This document shows, one piece after another, positions 12,126 to 24,669 of a DNA stretch of 64,000 nt. Positions within the stretch are counted from its first letter, which is position 1; each line of letters opens with the position of its first letter. Location of the stretch: the NCBI RefSeq assembly GCF_018350175.1, contig NC_058368.1:60452001-60516000 (forward strand), given 5' to 3'. Position numbers and translations under genes: made by a program. The stretch is from Felis catus (lineage: Eukaryota). The notes below the pieces were generated by a model that worked only from the letters and a program-made list of their open reading frames with translations, was not told the origin of the DNA and ran no database searches.

Positions 12126-13126
12126 TTTTAAACAATAAAAAAGCTACCCAGATAAGCTGATAATGACAAAAGCTATGTAAAAATAGAAATGCATGAGCTT
12201 TGTCTATGTACTGGAGCAAAATAATATAAACGTTTTAAAGATAACTGAGCTCCTCAAACAAATAAACAAGAAAATAAGAATAATAGGGGAAAATGCAAAA
12301 AAATAAAATAAAAATTTCCCCAAAGGCTCTGAGGCTAGAATATTTTTTAAGACTAGTTCTTATCATTTTGAAGAGACAGGAAACTTCTGGGCTACATAAG
12401 TTGAACTAGAGCATGAAAATGATTGGAGTGATCCCAAATAATTGTAAAATATTACTATAACTCTATCAGACTAATGTTATACATGCATGTCTATATATAT
12501 ATATTTAATATATTTTATATAAGAAATTAAATAGTATCTACACTTAAGAAATATTGCTTACCTTCGTGTAATAAAAATATAAAGATAATATTCTATCAAA
12601 CTCTTATCCATCAAGTCATTGTTATAATATTAATAAAGTATGCGATATGACTATTAGAAAAAAATGAAATATGTAGCATCTGCTGTGCTGAATGGAAAGT
12701 AATTGAACAATTTTGGAGAATTATTTGTTCAAATTCATTAAATTTTAAAATGTGAATATGCTTTGAACCATCAAATTCAGTCTAGCTACGCAGAGGGTTA
12801 TACATAACAGGTATTACTTACAACAAGATTTGTGAGAAAAATAATGAAACACATTAAATCTCCACTAATACAAAGTTGATTATTTTTTATCTTCATAAGT
12901 TGAAATGTGTGCAGCTGTTTTAAAATTGAAGAGAATATTATTCATATTTTGAAACACATTTCACTATATACATACAACTATGTATTATATATAAACATAT
13001 GTATATACAATATATTTGTAGATATTTATAGACAATTATTCTAAGATAGAGTTTACCAAAATAAGCTGTAATTCATTATGTATTATATTATATTAATTTT
13101 ATAAATTGTTAAAATAATACATTACA

Positions 13127-13308
13127 GGGGTGCCTGGGTGGCTCAGCTGGTTCAGTGTTTAACTCTTGATTTCAGCTTGCATCATGATCTCAGGGTTGTA
13201 AGATTGAGTCCCACATCAGGCTCCATGCCGAACAAGGAGCCTGCTTAAGATTCTCTCTCTCTCTTCCCTGGCCCCTCTTCCCTGCTCTATCTCTCTCTCT
13301 CTCAAAAA

Positions 13309-13347
<39 letters not shown>

Positions 13348-13348
13348 A
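13127..13348 (+). mobile_element. Older CanSINE with (TAAA)n tail
   Basis: GGGGTGCCTGGGTGGCTCAG head, CT tract, TAAA array. Confidence 0.92.
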
Positions 13349-14363
13349 TTACAGTATCTATTGGTTTCTAGTGGGAATGATTGATTACTTTCATAATTAT
13401 TAATAAGGAAACAACATATTTTATAGTTTTGATCTAGAATCCCTTTGTAAGATATCAATGACAAGAAAATAGCCAAAATTTACCAAAAAAATTATGTTCA
13501 AAGATTATTCTATCAGTGTCATTTTTAATTGCAAAAAATGGATCCACCTAACATGTTTGATTGCAGAAGAACAGTTAATAAATCATAGAGCATTCAAATA
13601 ATATAATATTTTAACCATTGTAAATATTTTAGAATATAATTAATGATCCTAAGACATGCTTACCACATAATTCTAGTGAACAAAGAAAAGGTAAGATTAA
13701 TAAAACATATGATCAAGATTCTGTTTTTAAAATATTGCATTCATATGTGCATTAAAATTGGTGATAAATTAAGAGGTAAGAGTGAGAATGACAAATTGGC
13801 TTATTGGGAAACTCCTCCAAGAGATAAATAGCTTAAGACAATGGAGAATTGAAGTGGAAGACAGGGGTTATGCAAATCAGAGAGAATCATCTTCCTGGAG
13901 TTTGAACATTAGGAAGTTATTGAGAGACTAAGTTTCTAGAAGAATGATTAGTGTTCTTGGGGTCTGCAATATAATGAATATTGTCATATATCAAAACCCC
14001 CATGTCTGTAGGATGTCTCCTGAAAAGTCACCTCCCATGATCTGAAAAATCTTCAATAAACTACAAATACAATGACATATCTGGTGATTGAATTTGATGA
14101 TGGCTAGGATTATGCTCTGAAATGCAGTGTGTATGTGTTGATGGGGTAGAAGAAATCAAATTCCCTAGGTAAATGCAGAAGCATGAGGTAGCTCTGTGGA
14201 AATTTAAAAACAAAAGAAAACAAAACAAACAAAAAACAGAAGCTATAAAATCTGAGGGAGAGCACTGAATTGTCTCTGCTGGTGAACTTGAGAGTTTGAG
14301 TCAAATTGTACTAAATCCCCAGGGTATGGAAATCCCAAAGCAACATTTGAGCAGAGGAAAAAA

Positions 14364-14364
<1 letters not shown>

Positions 14365-14416
<52 letters not shown>
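14365..14416. repeat. (CA)n microsatellite
   Basis: Pure CA run of about 25 units. Confidence 0.98.
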
Positions 14417-14417
<1 letters not shown>

Positions 14418-14534
14418 TTACAAACATTTAGAGATTACTTTTATTTATTTAGAGACAGCTAGTGTAGGGTTTTACTTAAATCTTATAAAATGTCAATGTT
14501 TTCCTATATTAGGTAGCCATCAGTATTTACCTAT

Positions 14535-14930
14535 TGTATTAGTTTGCTAGCACTACTGTACCAAAATATCACACACTGGGTGCTTTGAACAACAGAAATT
14601 TATTTTCTGGCAGTTCTGAAGGCTGGAAGCCAGAGGTCCAGGTGCTGGCAGTTCCGGCTTCTCCTGAAGCCTCTCCCCTCGGTTTACAGATGACCATGTT
14701 GCCACTGTGTTCTCACATGACCTTTATTCTGTGCATGTGTTTTTCAGGTGTCTTCCCTTTCATACAAGGACACTGGTTATATTGGATAAGGGCCCCCCCT
14801 TTATAACCTCATTTAACCGAAAATATCTCTTTAAAGTTCCTGTCTCCAAATCCATTCACATTCTAAGACATCAGGCATTGGGGCTTCAGCATAAGAATTT
14901 AGAGGCAATTTGGAACAATTTTATTCTGTA
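14535..14930 (-). mobile_element. MaLR solo LTR (MLT1A/B/C-like)
   Basis: TGTATTAGTTTGCTAG...AACAACAGAAATTTATTTTCTGGCAGTTCTGAAGGCTGGAAG, typical reverse MLT1 sequence. Confidence 0.85.
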
Positions 14931-17571
14931 AAAACATAAAGACAAAGACCATGACTGCAAACTGGTGTCAAAATGAAGTCGCTCAAATCCTTAATTTGCA
15001 AGTTTGACAGGTGCTTTTCAATTGGATTAATTTATGCCTCCATTAATTCCTGATAGCCAAATATCTGTTCATTGATGTTTCATCAAGTAACGAGCAAGTA
15101 TGCATTGTTTAATAATCTCCATTAAAAATATAATAAATTTTCCAAATTAATTGTTTTTCATTAAGGAAGTGAGAAGACAAAACAACTAGCAAAGTATAGG
15201 TATAATATTCCTTTGGAGAAGTTTCTTAAGTACATGGAGGATGATTTCAGTCTGGAACAGAAGAATGCTTCAAGTTCCTACCAGAAGAAAGGGGTAAATT
15301 ATTCAAAAAAAGAAATAACTAACTGGGAAAATAAAGTCCAGGTCCCTTATGGCATAACCTAATGTGAAGAGGGATTCTCTGAATAGGTAGCTTTCCAAAT
15401 GAGAACTGAAAGAAAAATAGAAATTAGCAGAGAATGAAAAAAAAAAAACATTCCTAAAATGAATAAGAGAATAAGAACAATCCAACTAGTACCTTAAAAC
15501 TGACAAAACAAATTGCCTTTTAAACCAAAGCATCATTTTTCCATTGCAAAGAAAAATGTTCCTTTTTAATCCTTTTGATTTAGATAAAATAGAATAGCAT
15601 CCTCACTTCCCTTTTTTTACTTTATTAAAAAACCTGCAGTGTGAGTCCACATCATTTCAGTTATGGCCTAACTAGTCTGATTCTAATTTTCTGTGCTTTC
15701 TGTAACATATTCCTTGAATAAATGGTACTGATATAAAAACAAAACAAACAAAAAACTCTACGAGTCTCTCATTTTTGTATAATGTTAGGTATCATTGAAC
15801 TTTTCATATCAATATAAAAGGGACTGAAATATCTAAAATGAAAGCAAAATTGCTACGGATTCCATGAACACAAATACTAACAGCTCATTAGTTTGGTAGC
15901 ATGTTATACTGAGAACATCTGGCCCATGTCAAGGCTGTGAGCATACGCAAAGTAATGGTTTCTTTTTGAGTAATATGTCAAGGATAGTTAACTATTAAGC
16001 TTAGCATATGTGTGCAAGTTAACCAATTCATTGGACACCTTGACCTCTAATTATATTAATAATGTCATGGAGCTACAGAACAGAGCCTGGGACATAGTGG
16101 GCAGTGGTAGTGGGGAGAGGGATATGGTAGGTCATTCAAGTGAAACCAGACATATATGAGTTGTTTTCATTTCTTTTTTGAGCTTCCTTTACCTCGTTCC
16201 TTCAGTATAAATACACTTAAAAGTGAATTTGGTTGAAAAAATTTTTTATTCCATATCAATTGGCACATTTACAAAAGTAACTGAATCTTTCTCAATAAAT
16301 CAACTGCCACAGATCTTTTTAACCTATACAACAAAGATAAATGCTGAACTAAAAAAACTAAATTAGGATTTGCTCATTTCTCCAGTATCTATTAAGAAGT
16401 ACTCTTTGGTTTGCCTTTGGGGTAGCTCTGTTTGCTGCTGCATATACCCATTGATAGAATTTTTCTGGTCCCACCCAAGGCACAATTTAATTTTCTGTCC
16501 CTTATTTGTAGTCTACGTCTGACTTGAAAATCTCAGAGATTCAATTTGATACCAGATTTGATGTGCGATGGTGGTGCAATCTCCTGGAGCTGTAAATATA
16601 CCTGTAAGGTTTGGGAAGTTTATTTTGGCTCTTGCACAGAGGTCTAGAGGATACTAGATTTTTAGTTTTGGGTTTTAGGTCCAGGAGGGTGGCTTTATAT
16701 TGACAGTTTACATTTTGTTACTCTTTCCCTTGTTGTGGAATAAAATCCTGTCTCAAAAAGAAAACTGTAGTTGGAATAAATAGCCTCTAGGAATGCATCT
16801 GGCTTTCTAGAAATCTGTCTAAGGTATCCTTCTTCTGTGCTATGTCAGCCCAACTTGGCTGAGGATTGTTTTAAATCAGTGGCAATTATAACAATAGATG
16901 TTACAGACCCAGATTATGGGTGTTGCTGTGTACATTATTAATTAAAAGATGTCTAATAGTCATCCTAATTACGTAGGAACTTTCCATATTCTTCAAATAA
17001 AGCCCTCAAATTTGCTAAGAAGCCTGCACTTGGAATTATTTGGTTTTTGAAAATCATGGTAACACTAATGTGCTTGTAACACTATTGATGTAGCCATTTA
17101 TATGAGTCAAACCAGGGACTGAAGTCCATTTAAAGAATACCGCACAATCAGGGGAGCTAACCAGTAAATAAAAACTTAAGTGAAAAAGTCTACACTTTTT
17201 ATTCCAGTGTTTTATAGGATAGCAACAGGATTTAATAAATAACCCCTGGGAACAGTTTATATCTGGTGTCCTCCTCTCCCAGAATCTGATATACCTCACA
17301 TTCTCTTAAGTCTCTCATTTTCCCAACTTTCCCCACTCTGGAATCCCAGCCCAAGCCACTATGACTGAATCTTCCTTCCCTCTGTCTACTCAAGGTCCAT
17401 CTGTTATTCCTTCTTTCGTGTCTGAGTATGATTTTGGCTCATTTTCTGATTTGCATGAGGAACAGGTGGGTATGACAGGCTCTCCTGCTTGAAGGTGGTG
17501 GAATTTAGAGATAGGTTGGGGCTTGTGGAAACTATTACACAGTATTTAGCAAGTTGAACAAGGAGGAAATT

Positions 17572-17680
17572 TTCTTTTTCTTTTCCAGCTTTATTGGAAC
17601 ATAATTGATATAGAATACTGTGTAAGTTTATGGTATACAAAAGTAATGATTTGAGATATGTATATATTATGAAATTATTG
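17572..17680 (-). mobile_element. Short L1 3' end fragment (L1MA/L1_Carn-like)
   Basis: CCAGCTTTATTGGAACATAATTGATATAGAATACTGTGTAAGTTTA. Confidence 0.7.
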
Positions 17681-17940
17681 AGGGTGTTTTTTCTTCATCA
17701 ATTTTTCTTTTCCTCAGTGGGCACAATGAATACAAAATTTTAAAGGTAGAAAAAACTATCCTATAAGAGAATGAATGTGTAGGCCCTTCATCCTTGAATA
17801 TGATAGAAATCATCATTAAAGTAAAAAGGAGACTTCGTAATGAAAAGATATCAAGTTTTAGAGAACAAAAAATATATATGTGGGAAGAAAATGAGAGATA
17901 TACCAAAGTAAAAATAACAACAATGGAAGATGGCCTAGTC

Positions 17941-18166
17941 TTTTGTTTATTTATTTTTTAATGTTTATTTTTGAGAGAGAGAGAGAGAGAGACAGAGCAA
18001 GAGTGTGGGAGAGGCAGAGAGAGAGAAGAAGACAGAGAATCCGGAGCAGACTCCAGGCTCTCAGCTGTCAGCACAGAGCCCGATGCGGGGCTCAAACTCA
18101 AGGACAACAAGATCATGACCTGAGCCGAAGACTGATGCTTAACTGACTGAGCCACACAGGTGCCCC
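17941..18166 (-). mobile_element. CanSINE
   Basis: Reverse copy ending GAGCCACACAGGTGCCCC. Confidence 0.94.
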
Positions 18167-18696
18167 AAGTCCTTTAAATATGGGGCTGGGAGAAGGCAGA
18201 TATTTAGTTATAAATTGTGAGCTTGATATTAACAGCAGGTTCAGGGAAGATTCTAGAGAGTAAACTGACTCAGACAGATGGTTACAATAACTTTTGAAAG
18301 TTGAAAAATAAACCAATAATGGAATCAATTGGGGAACTTCTTCCAAATGGGTGAAGCAACCTCATATGTTTGCACCAATGAGGAATATTTAAGCAAACAA
18401 TAAACAGCATTCATCAGGTTCTATTTAGTGTGCTCCAGTGTGACACAGTTTGTCATGAAGTCGAGGGAGAGTAAGGATGGCACATTTAGTGAAAAAGTAT
18501 GACTAGGAAATGTATGGATTTACTAAAGGGAAGTACTAAGAAGAAACGTACAAAAAGGAAGTCAAGGTTTAGTTGAGATTTGTATTAGATACTGTATCTA
18601 CAATAAATAGGGTAATTATATAATTTGTTTTCCAAATGCGTACTCTTGCAGTTGTGAAAGGTAGTTATGTAAACACAATAAATATAAACCAGGACT

Positions 18697-18890
18697 GGGG
18701 TGCCTGCGTGACTCAGTCAGTTGAGTGTCCAAGTCTTGATTTTGGCTCAAGTCGTGATCCCAGGGTCATGGGATCAAGCCCCGTGTTAGGCTCCATGCTG
18801 AGTGTGGAGTCTCCTTAAGATTCTCTCTCTCCCTCTGCTCTTCTACCCCACTCGCACTTTCTCTCTCTGTCTCTTTCTCTAAAACAAACA
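18697..18890 (+). mobile_element. Older CanSINE
   Basis: GGGGTGCCTGCGTGACTCAGTCAGTTGAG head and CT tract. Confidence 0.9.
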
Positions 18891-20084
18891 AAGATTGACT
18901 TGGGCAAATAAATTAAATATGTTATCCCTGCAGTAACATAGGCTGCATTTTGGATTAAATTATCCTTCTGGATGGGGTATCAGTGTGTATGAATTGTGCA
19001 AATAGCACATATTTTTGGCAGACAAATAACTAATTGACATTATAGTTCTTACTATATCCATTATCCTGAAAGGAGAAGGATGCTAGGAAGATGCACTTAC
19101 TATATTAGAAGCACAGAGAAAGAAACTGTGGCTATGTGTCCAGTTTCTGTACTAAGGATAGGTCTACCAGATAGATCTACACACCATTTAAAAGTAAAGG
19201 TGAAATAATGTTGATGGAAGGAGGTGGACCTTCAAAACCCAAAAGCCATTAGAGCCGGATGAAACGAGAACACACCTGGAAGTATAAGTGACTAGGACTG
19301 TCAGTAATGTGAAGCCATGAAAACTGCCAGGTGATCTTCTCACTATGAAAATGGTCTATGATGCTCTGAGAAGAAGAGGATTTATTGAGAACCAATCAGC
19401 CATGCTATCTGGATAGAGCAATTCTAAAATTTTAGATGTAACTTCAGTTTATTACAGCTTACAAGAAAAAAAATGGTAACACTACTACAGTGAGCACAAA
19501 CATCAATGGAAAGATGCCTCCAATTTCAAAAGGTACAGAAATTAAAGTGACATATTTAAAGAAAATAAGAAGTTTAGGAAATTAAAGCAAAACCAGATAA
19601 AAGATTAGATCATTTCCACACACCTGAAAAGTAGATAGTTTCATTAAAATAGCTTTTCTATGCTATTTCTGGTTCTTACCGTGATCAGCTTATACTCCAG
19701 GTGATGGTCAATTATCAGATTCCTTGGAATTTCATTATTAGTACTTGGGTTTTCATTAGTTTCAGTCTTCTTGGAATTTATGCCCAGAGGGAATGAGAAT
19801 ACTCCATTTATAAGAACTACTTTGCATATAAGATGGGCAAGACTGTCATCAATTGAGTTAATTATATTATTAAAGAACTAATTAAAATAAATGTTATTAA
19901 AGAATTTTTCAGTAGACTAAGATGTTCAGCATTTAAGAAATCTTCAGTAGCACCAGTAACCTATTCCTATACTTGTGGTATCAGGATATGTATGGGTGAC
20001 AACTGATATATTTATTTGGGCAGTCAGCCATCCAACAGACAAAACATCTGAAAGCCCTAGGCCAATTGAAAGCCACATAGGTAA

Positions 20085-20545
20085 CTGCTAGAGATCTATT
20101 ATTATCCCCAATTGTTCACCTCTCACCTCCCTGTAAAAAAAAAAAAAAAAAAATTACATTATCTTCCATTGCCACGTGACTTGCCATGTACCTATTCCCT
20201 GTAGGAGGAATCAACTAATTGATACCTGACTGCATTTGGCCAATGGAGTATGAGCATACAAGAATGATGTCATTTACAAATAAAAGTTCAAAGAGCCAAT
20301 CTCCTTTCCCATGAGAATGACATGTTCAGAACGTAAGCTGCTCCTTCAGCACAGAGCTAGAAATGAAGCAGAGTGACAAGAGCCAAGTTACAGGTACTGG
20401 ACAGTGTCATGTGAGTTAGAAAATGATGCACACTTGTTAGGCTGAATGTCAGGTGCAATGTAAGCCAGTGAAGATTTGGGATCTTTTTCTTTTGTTTTGT
20501 TTGTTTGTTTGTTTGTTTTACCAGGACAAAGCTAGCTAATACAAA
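20085..20545 (+). mobile_element. Old MaLR LTR (MLT1I/J-like)
   Basis: GCATTTGGCCAATGG, GCTGCTCCTTCAGC, TAAGCCAGTGAAGATTTGGG and terminal AAAGCTAGCTAATACA. Confidence 0.7.
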
Positions 20546-21477
20546 TAAACCTCAAATGAGTGGTACATAGGAGTAGGTTAATTGCAATTCAAAGGAAAAG
20601 GAGTAAAAATATCATATTTTTAAATTTTGTATTGATCTGGTGTTGCAAAATAAAAATCTAATAATGCATAGAGACTTATGAATAAATATAGTGAGCCTAA
20701 AAACCTACCAAGTCTATTTGCCCTTACTGTCATAACCTCGACATACCCACAGATGTGGATTCCTGGCCAATATTCTTTACTCTCTTGGATTAAAAATGAA
20801 AAATCAGTTCTACTCCATATCATTTAGGAGAAGTTGTCAGTGCAAAGTTCTGTCACATTAAAGATAGGCAGAGGACATGAAGAGTTCCATCAGAAACTTT
20901 AGTTATCTGAACACTTTCAAGAACAGAACTATCATATGTTAATTGAAAGCTTTGATGATGTCTTGTTAATACATGACAAACAGAAACCACAAGAAGATCA
21001 GAAAGTAAGAATCCTCACTTTTGAGGCATTTAAGAAAAATAATTGCTAGTCTAACTTGGAGAGCATCTTTCTCAATGGGAAAATCAGCTGGACTTCAGAT
21101 GCAATGTACTAAGTTCAGCTAATTTTCAGTACCGATCAGCTATGAAAAGCATCAGCTAATATGGAAATTAGTGAAAGACTTTGCTTGGCCCCATTAACAT
21201 CTGATGTAACTTTTAATCTTCATGCGATAATAACTGCCAATATTATGATGAGTGTAATTAAGTGCATGAGAAAGACACCTGTAGTATATGTCTGCTGAGG
21301 GATTTGCTATGTGGAAATGAAGTATTGGTGGTCGAAGACTCATTGCTTGTTGCAGGGGAGTACCATAAACCTAGAACTTGGTTGATGGTGGTGGTGGTAG
21401 GGGCAGCAAACTTAGGGATTCATCTTACTACCTCCATTAATGGCCTAATCTGGGTAAATTTTTTGAAAAATCAATCT

Positions 21478-21665
21478 GTGGGTTGTGTGGGTGGCTCAGT
21501 CAGTTGAGCATCAGACTCTTGATTTCGGCTCAGGTTATGATCCCAGGGTCATAGAATTGAGCTCTACATCAGGATCTGAGCTGAGCATGGAGCCTGCTTA
21601 GAATTCTCTCTCTCTCTTCCTCTGCACCACCCCCCTTCCCTCTCTCTCTCTCAGGGAAAAAAAAG
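21478..21665 (+). mobile_element. Older CanSINE
   Basis: TGGGTGGCTCAGTCAGTTGAGCATCAGACTCTTGATTTCGGCTCAGG, CT tract, A tail. Confidence 0.9.
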
Positions 21666-22868
21666 AAGGACCTATTTATAATAACCCTTGCTTAGTGGAG
21701 CTATCTTTATGAAGCTATTGGAGAGGGCTGTGGTCTGATCAGGGGTACTGTGATCACATGAGAATATTTGCATACCATCATAAATGCAATTTATTTCATC
21801 TACAAGTAGGAAAACCTACTGATAGGAATTTAAAATTTGATAAGTACATAAGGATTTCAGAAGTTAAAGTCCTTAAAATACCCAGGAAGGAAATCATGTA
21901 TCCCTGGAATTCAGTAGGCTTATGTCAGGAGGCTGAAGTAGGTGTTCTATAATTTGGTAGTAAAGGAAAATTGACCTGATGAATATAAAAGTTTCTATGA
22001 ACCTAGGGGCAAATGCTATTCTTTTTTGGTGAATCAATAATCAATTTGTAACCGAAGATGTGTTGAGCATAGGGAGTAAGATACAGGATATAACTTCAAC
22101 ATCACAACAAAATACAAGGTACAAAAGGTATGGGGCATGTTAAGACAAGTGTGTGGGTAGGGAAACACTGATAGAGCAGCTTTTCTATTGAATTATAAGG
22201 AGGCCTAATTTTCCCGGATTCTTTTAGGACAATCTTCTATCACTAATAGGAATAAAATCTGGCCTTGCTTCAAAAAAAAGAAGAGTCCACAAATACGCCT
22301 TCATCCAAGCCAGTAGCAATCAATAATTACTTTCCAATTCCTCAAAAGGGAAAAGGCATGTGGTCTACAGACACATTTTTGGATCCCAAATACTTTCATA
22401 TTCAGAGACAAATGTAGGGCATGAAATTGACAAATATGGATATTAGCAGCTGAGAAGCTGGCTTGGGGGAGCAGACAATCCAAAATGAGAGCCTCTCTAC
22501 CCTCTGCAGCTCACTGATTTTTAGGAAAAATTAGATGAGCTGAGGCTAGAGATGTCAGGACTCTGATAACACATGTAAAGAATCTTCCCACTGATAAATT
22601 GAACTGGCATTTTATTTTTATAACGGCAGCAGTTTCTTCAGAATGAATAGAGGTTTCCTCACCAAAGATTAATCTTTTAAGATCACTGCAGAGATTCTAG
22701 CCTATGGACTCTCCTATAGAAGACCTTTTTCTACAATTATTCACTTAAACAATGGGTCCACCTTTAGAATAGAAAGCTTTAGGGGAGTAATTATATATAT
22801 CATTATATATTGCAGTGAACTCAACAAGCAGTTGCAAAATTAGAAAGTAAAATCATCTCAAAAGGGAA

Positions 22869-23209
22869 GAGTTGACCCCTTGAACAACAGGTGTTTGAAC
22901 TGTGCAGGGTCCACTTATATGTCAGTGTTTTTCTTCAATATAGTACAGTACTGTAAATGTGTTTTCTCTTCCATATGATTTTCTTAATAACATTTTATTT
23001 TCTTTACCTTATTTTACTATAAGAATACGCTATAAAATACATGTAACATACAAATTATGTGCTAATTGACTGTTTATGTGAATCAGTAAGGCTCTGGCCA
23101 ACAGTAGGCTATTAGTAATGGAGTTTGTGGGGAGACAAAATCTATGCAGAAATTTTCAACTGAGCGAGGGATTGGAGCTCCTAACACCCACATTGTTTAG
23201 GGTCAATTG
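22869..23209. mobile_element. Tigger2a-like non-autonomous DNA transposon (TcMar-Tigger)
   Basis: Terminal inverted repeats AGTTGACCCCTTGAACAA ... TTGTTTAGGGTCAATTG followed by TA. Confidence 0.85.
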
Positions 23210-23499
23210 TATATAGTTATACCATTTTGTTTTTTATGAAACCTAGAAAAAAAATCAAGCTATTCACTTTATGAGCTGTTTGGAAATCTTTCCTCATTGT
23301 TCCTTAGATAGTCACAAGTTACAGAAAGTCTTATCAAGAGATGTTCCTAAGGTGGCTATCCAAGAAGAGTATATACACAGGCTCAGTTGAAGCCATGAAA
23401 GAAGTCCATTTTGTAGTCCTTATGCCCTTTATTTCCCTTTAGCAACTGAAGCATCCCTTAAAGAGCTATTGAATCCACTGAGTTATGATTATTTTCTCA

Positions 23500-23509
23500 G
23501 TATATGTGT

Positions 23510-23547
<38 letters not shown>

Positions 23548-23640
23548 GTATGAGAATATGTATTCTTATATGTTACATGTATACTATTATACTTATATAT
23601 ATGTATATATACACCATTGGACTCAAGATATATATAAAAG
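23500..23640. repeat. (TA)n microsatellite with degenerate TA-rich flank
   Basis: Pure TA run at about 23515-23546. Confidence 0.95.
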
Positions 23641-24669
23641 AAATACAATAAATATTGGCTAAAATCAAAGAATTAATACATATTCAAAAATGACAGCAAA
23701 AAAAACATTTTATAAACAGGCCAAATAAAAGTTAAACATAGTGCTTTGGGAGAATAATACAAATAGAATATAAACTGGTGGTTATTTGGGTCATAGAGAT
23801 GGTGCTATCATTTCTACAGCCTACAAAACCTTCTTTCTTTCTTTTCTTCCTATCTAATTTATCTCACTTTTCTATACCAATCTATGTTTTTCTGTCCTCC
23901 TCTTTTCTGCCCATTGGGGTTTACATTGTTTCGATTTGTTACAAATTGGTAAAGAATGAAAGTTAACTCCAGGGTCATCGTCTTAGCAAGTGGACCCCAA
24001 ATCTTGTTTTTATGTGTCCACAGCAATTTGCCATTGTTAAGGATTTCATCTCATTGCTTATGCCAACAGTTAGGATGGTGCTAGTCACCTGAAATTGAAC
24101 CTCTGAGATTCTGGAGGCTGCTGGGATCTCCCTGGTTATTCGGATACGTGTGTGTCCCTGAACTATTTAAGGTGAGATTTGTGCCTTTGCTTTCTAAATA
24201 AAGCAAGTTAAAGTCTAATGGCATATCACTATGTCACTATAGGAAAGCTCGAGAGGATCATTCGGTAAGTGACTTTAAAGTTAACACTAGGAAAGTTTAT
24301 TAAAATATAAAAAGAATCTGATCTTTCCTTACATATGTTAGTATATCCAAGAAATTCCTTGAATATACTACTCTATTTTCTACTGTAGGTACATTTGTTA
24401 TTGAAGGTCCCCCTAAGGTGATAGAGGAATTCAAACTCCTTATCCTGAGAATGTATGAAGGAGAAAGACATGATATGAAAAACAGTGACCTAACTTTCCT
24501 AGATGAAGGAATATAAATTAGAATACACGTTTTAGGGAAAGTATGTTTGTCTTACACCCAGATGGCAAAGACAAATTTTTCTAGGAGAATCTAGGAGAGG
24601 GAAAAAAAATGACCTTAATAAATGTTGCTGGAATTTGGGATTTCTAGCCCTTTAAAAATTCAAGAATTT

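Larger units (their letters stand above)
19480..23400 (+). mobile_element. Highly degenerate LTR-retroelement gag-pol fossil (family undetermined: Gypsy-like or divergent ERV)
   Basis: Manual translation gives RT motifs KSNNA*RLMNKYSE (20654-20695), FFTLLD*K (20773-20796), DRQRT*RVP (20863-20889), SEHFQEQ and SFDDVLL (20906-20968). RNase H-like DG (21384), LVEL (21692), WSD (21731) and GKP follow. Weaker zinc-knuckle, protease and integrase remnants lie in the expected order. Confidence 0.65.

Noticed and set aside
13770..14110. Possible old LTR with AATAAA near 14055
   Set aside because: No clear termini or TSD, and no family recognisable by eye.
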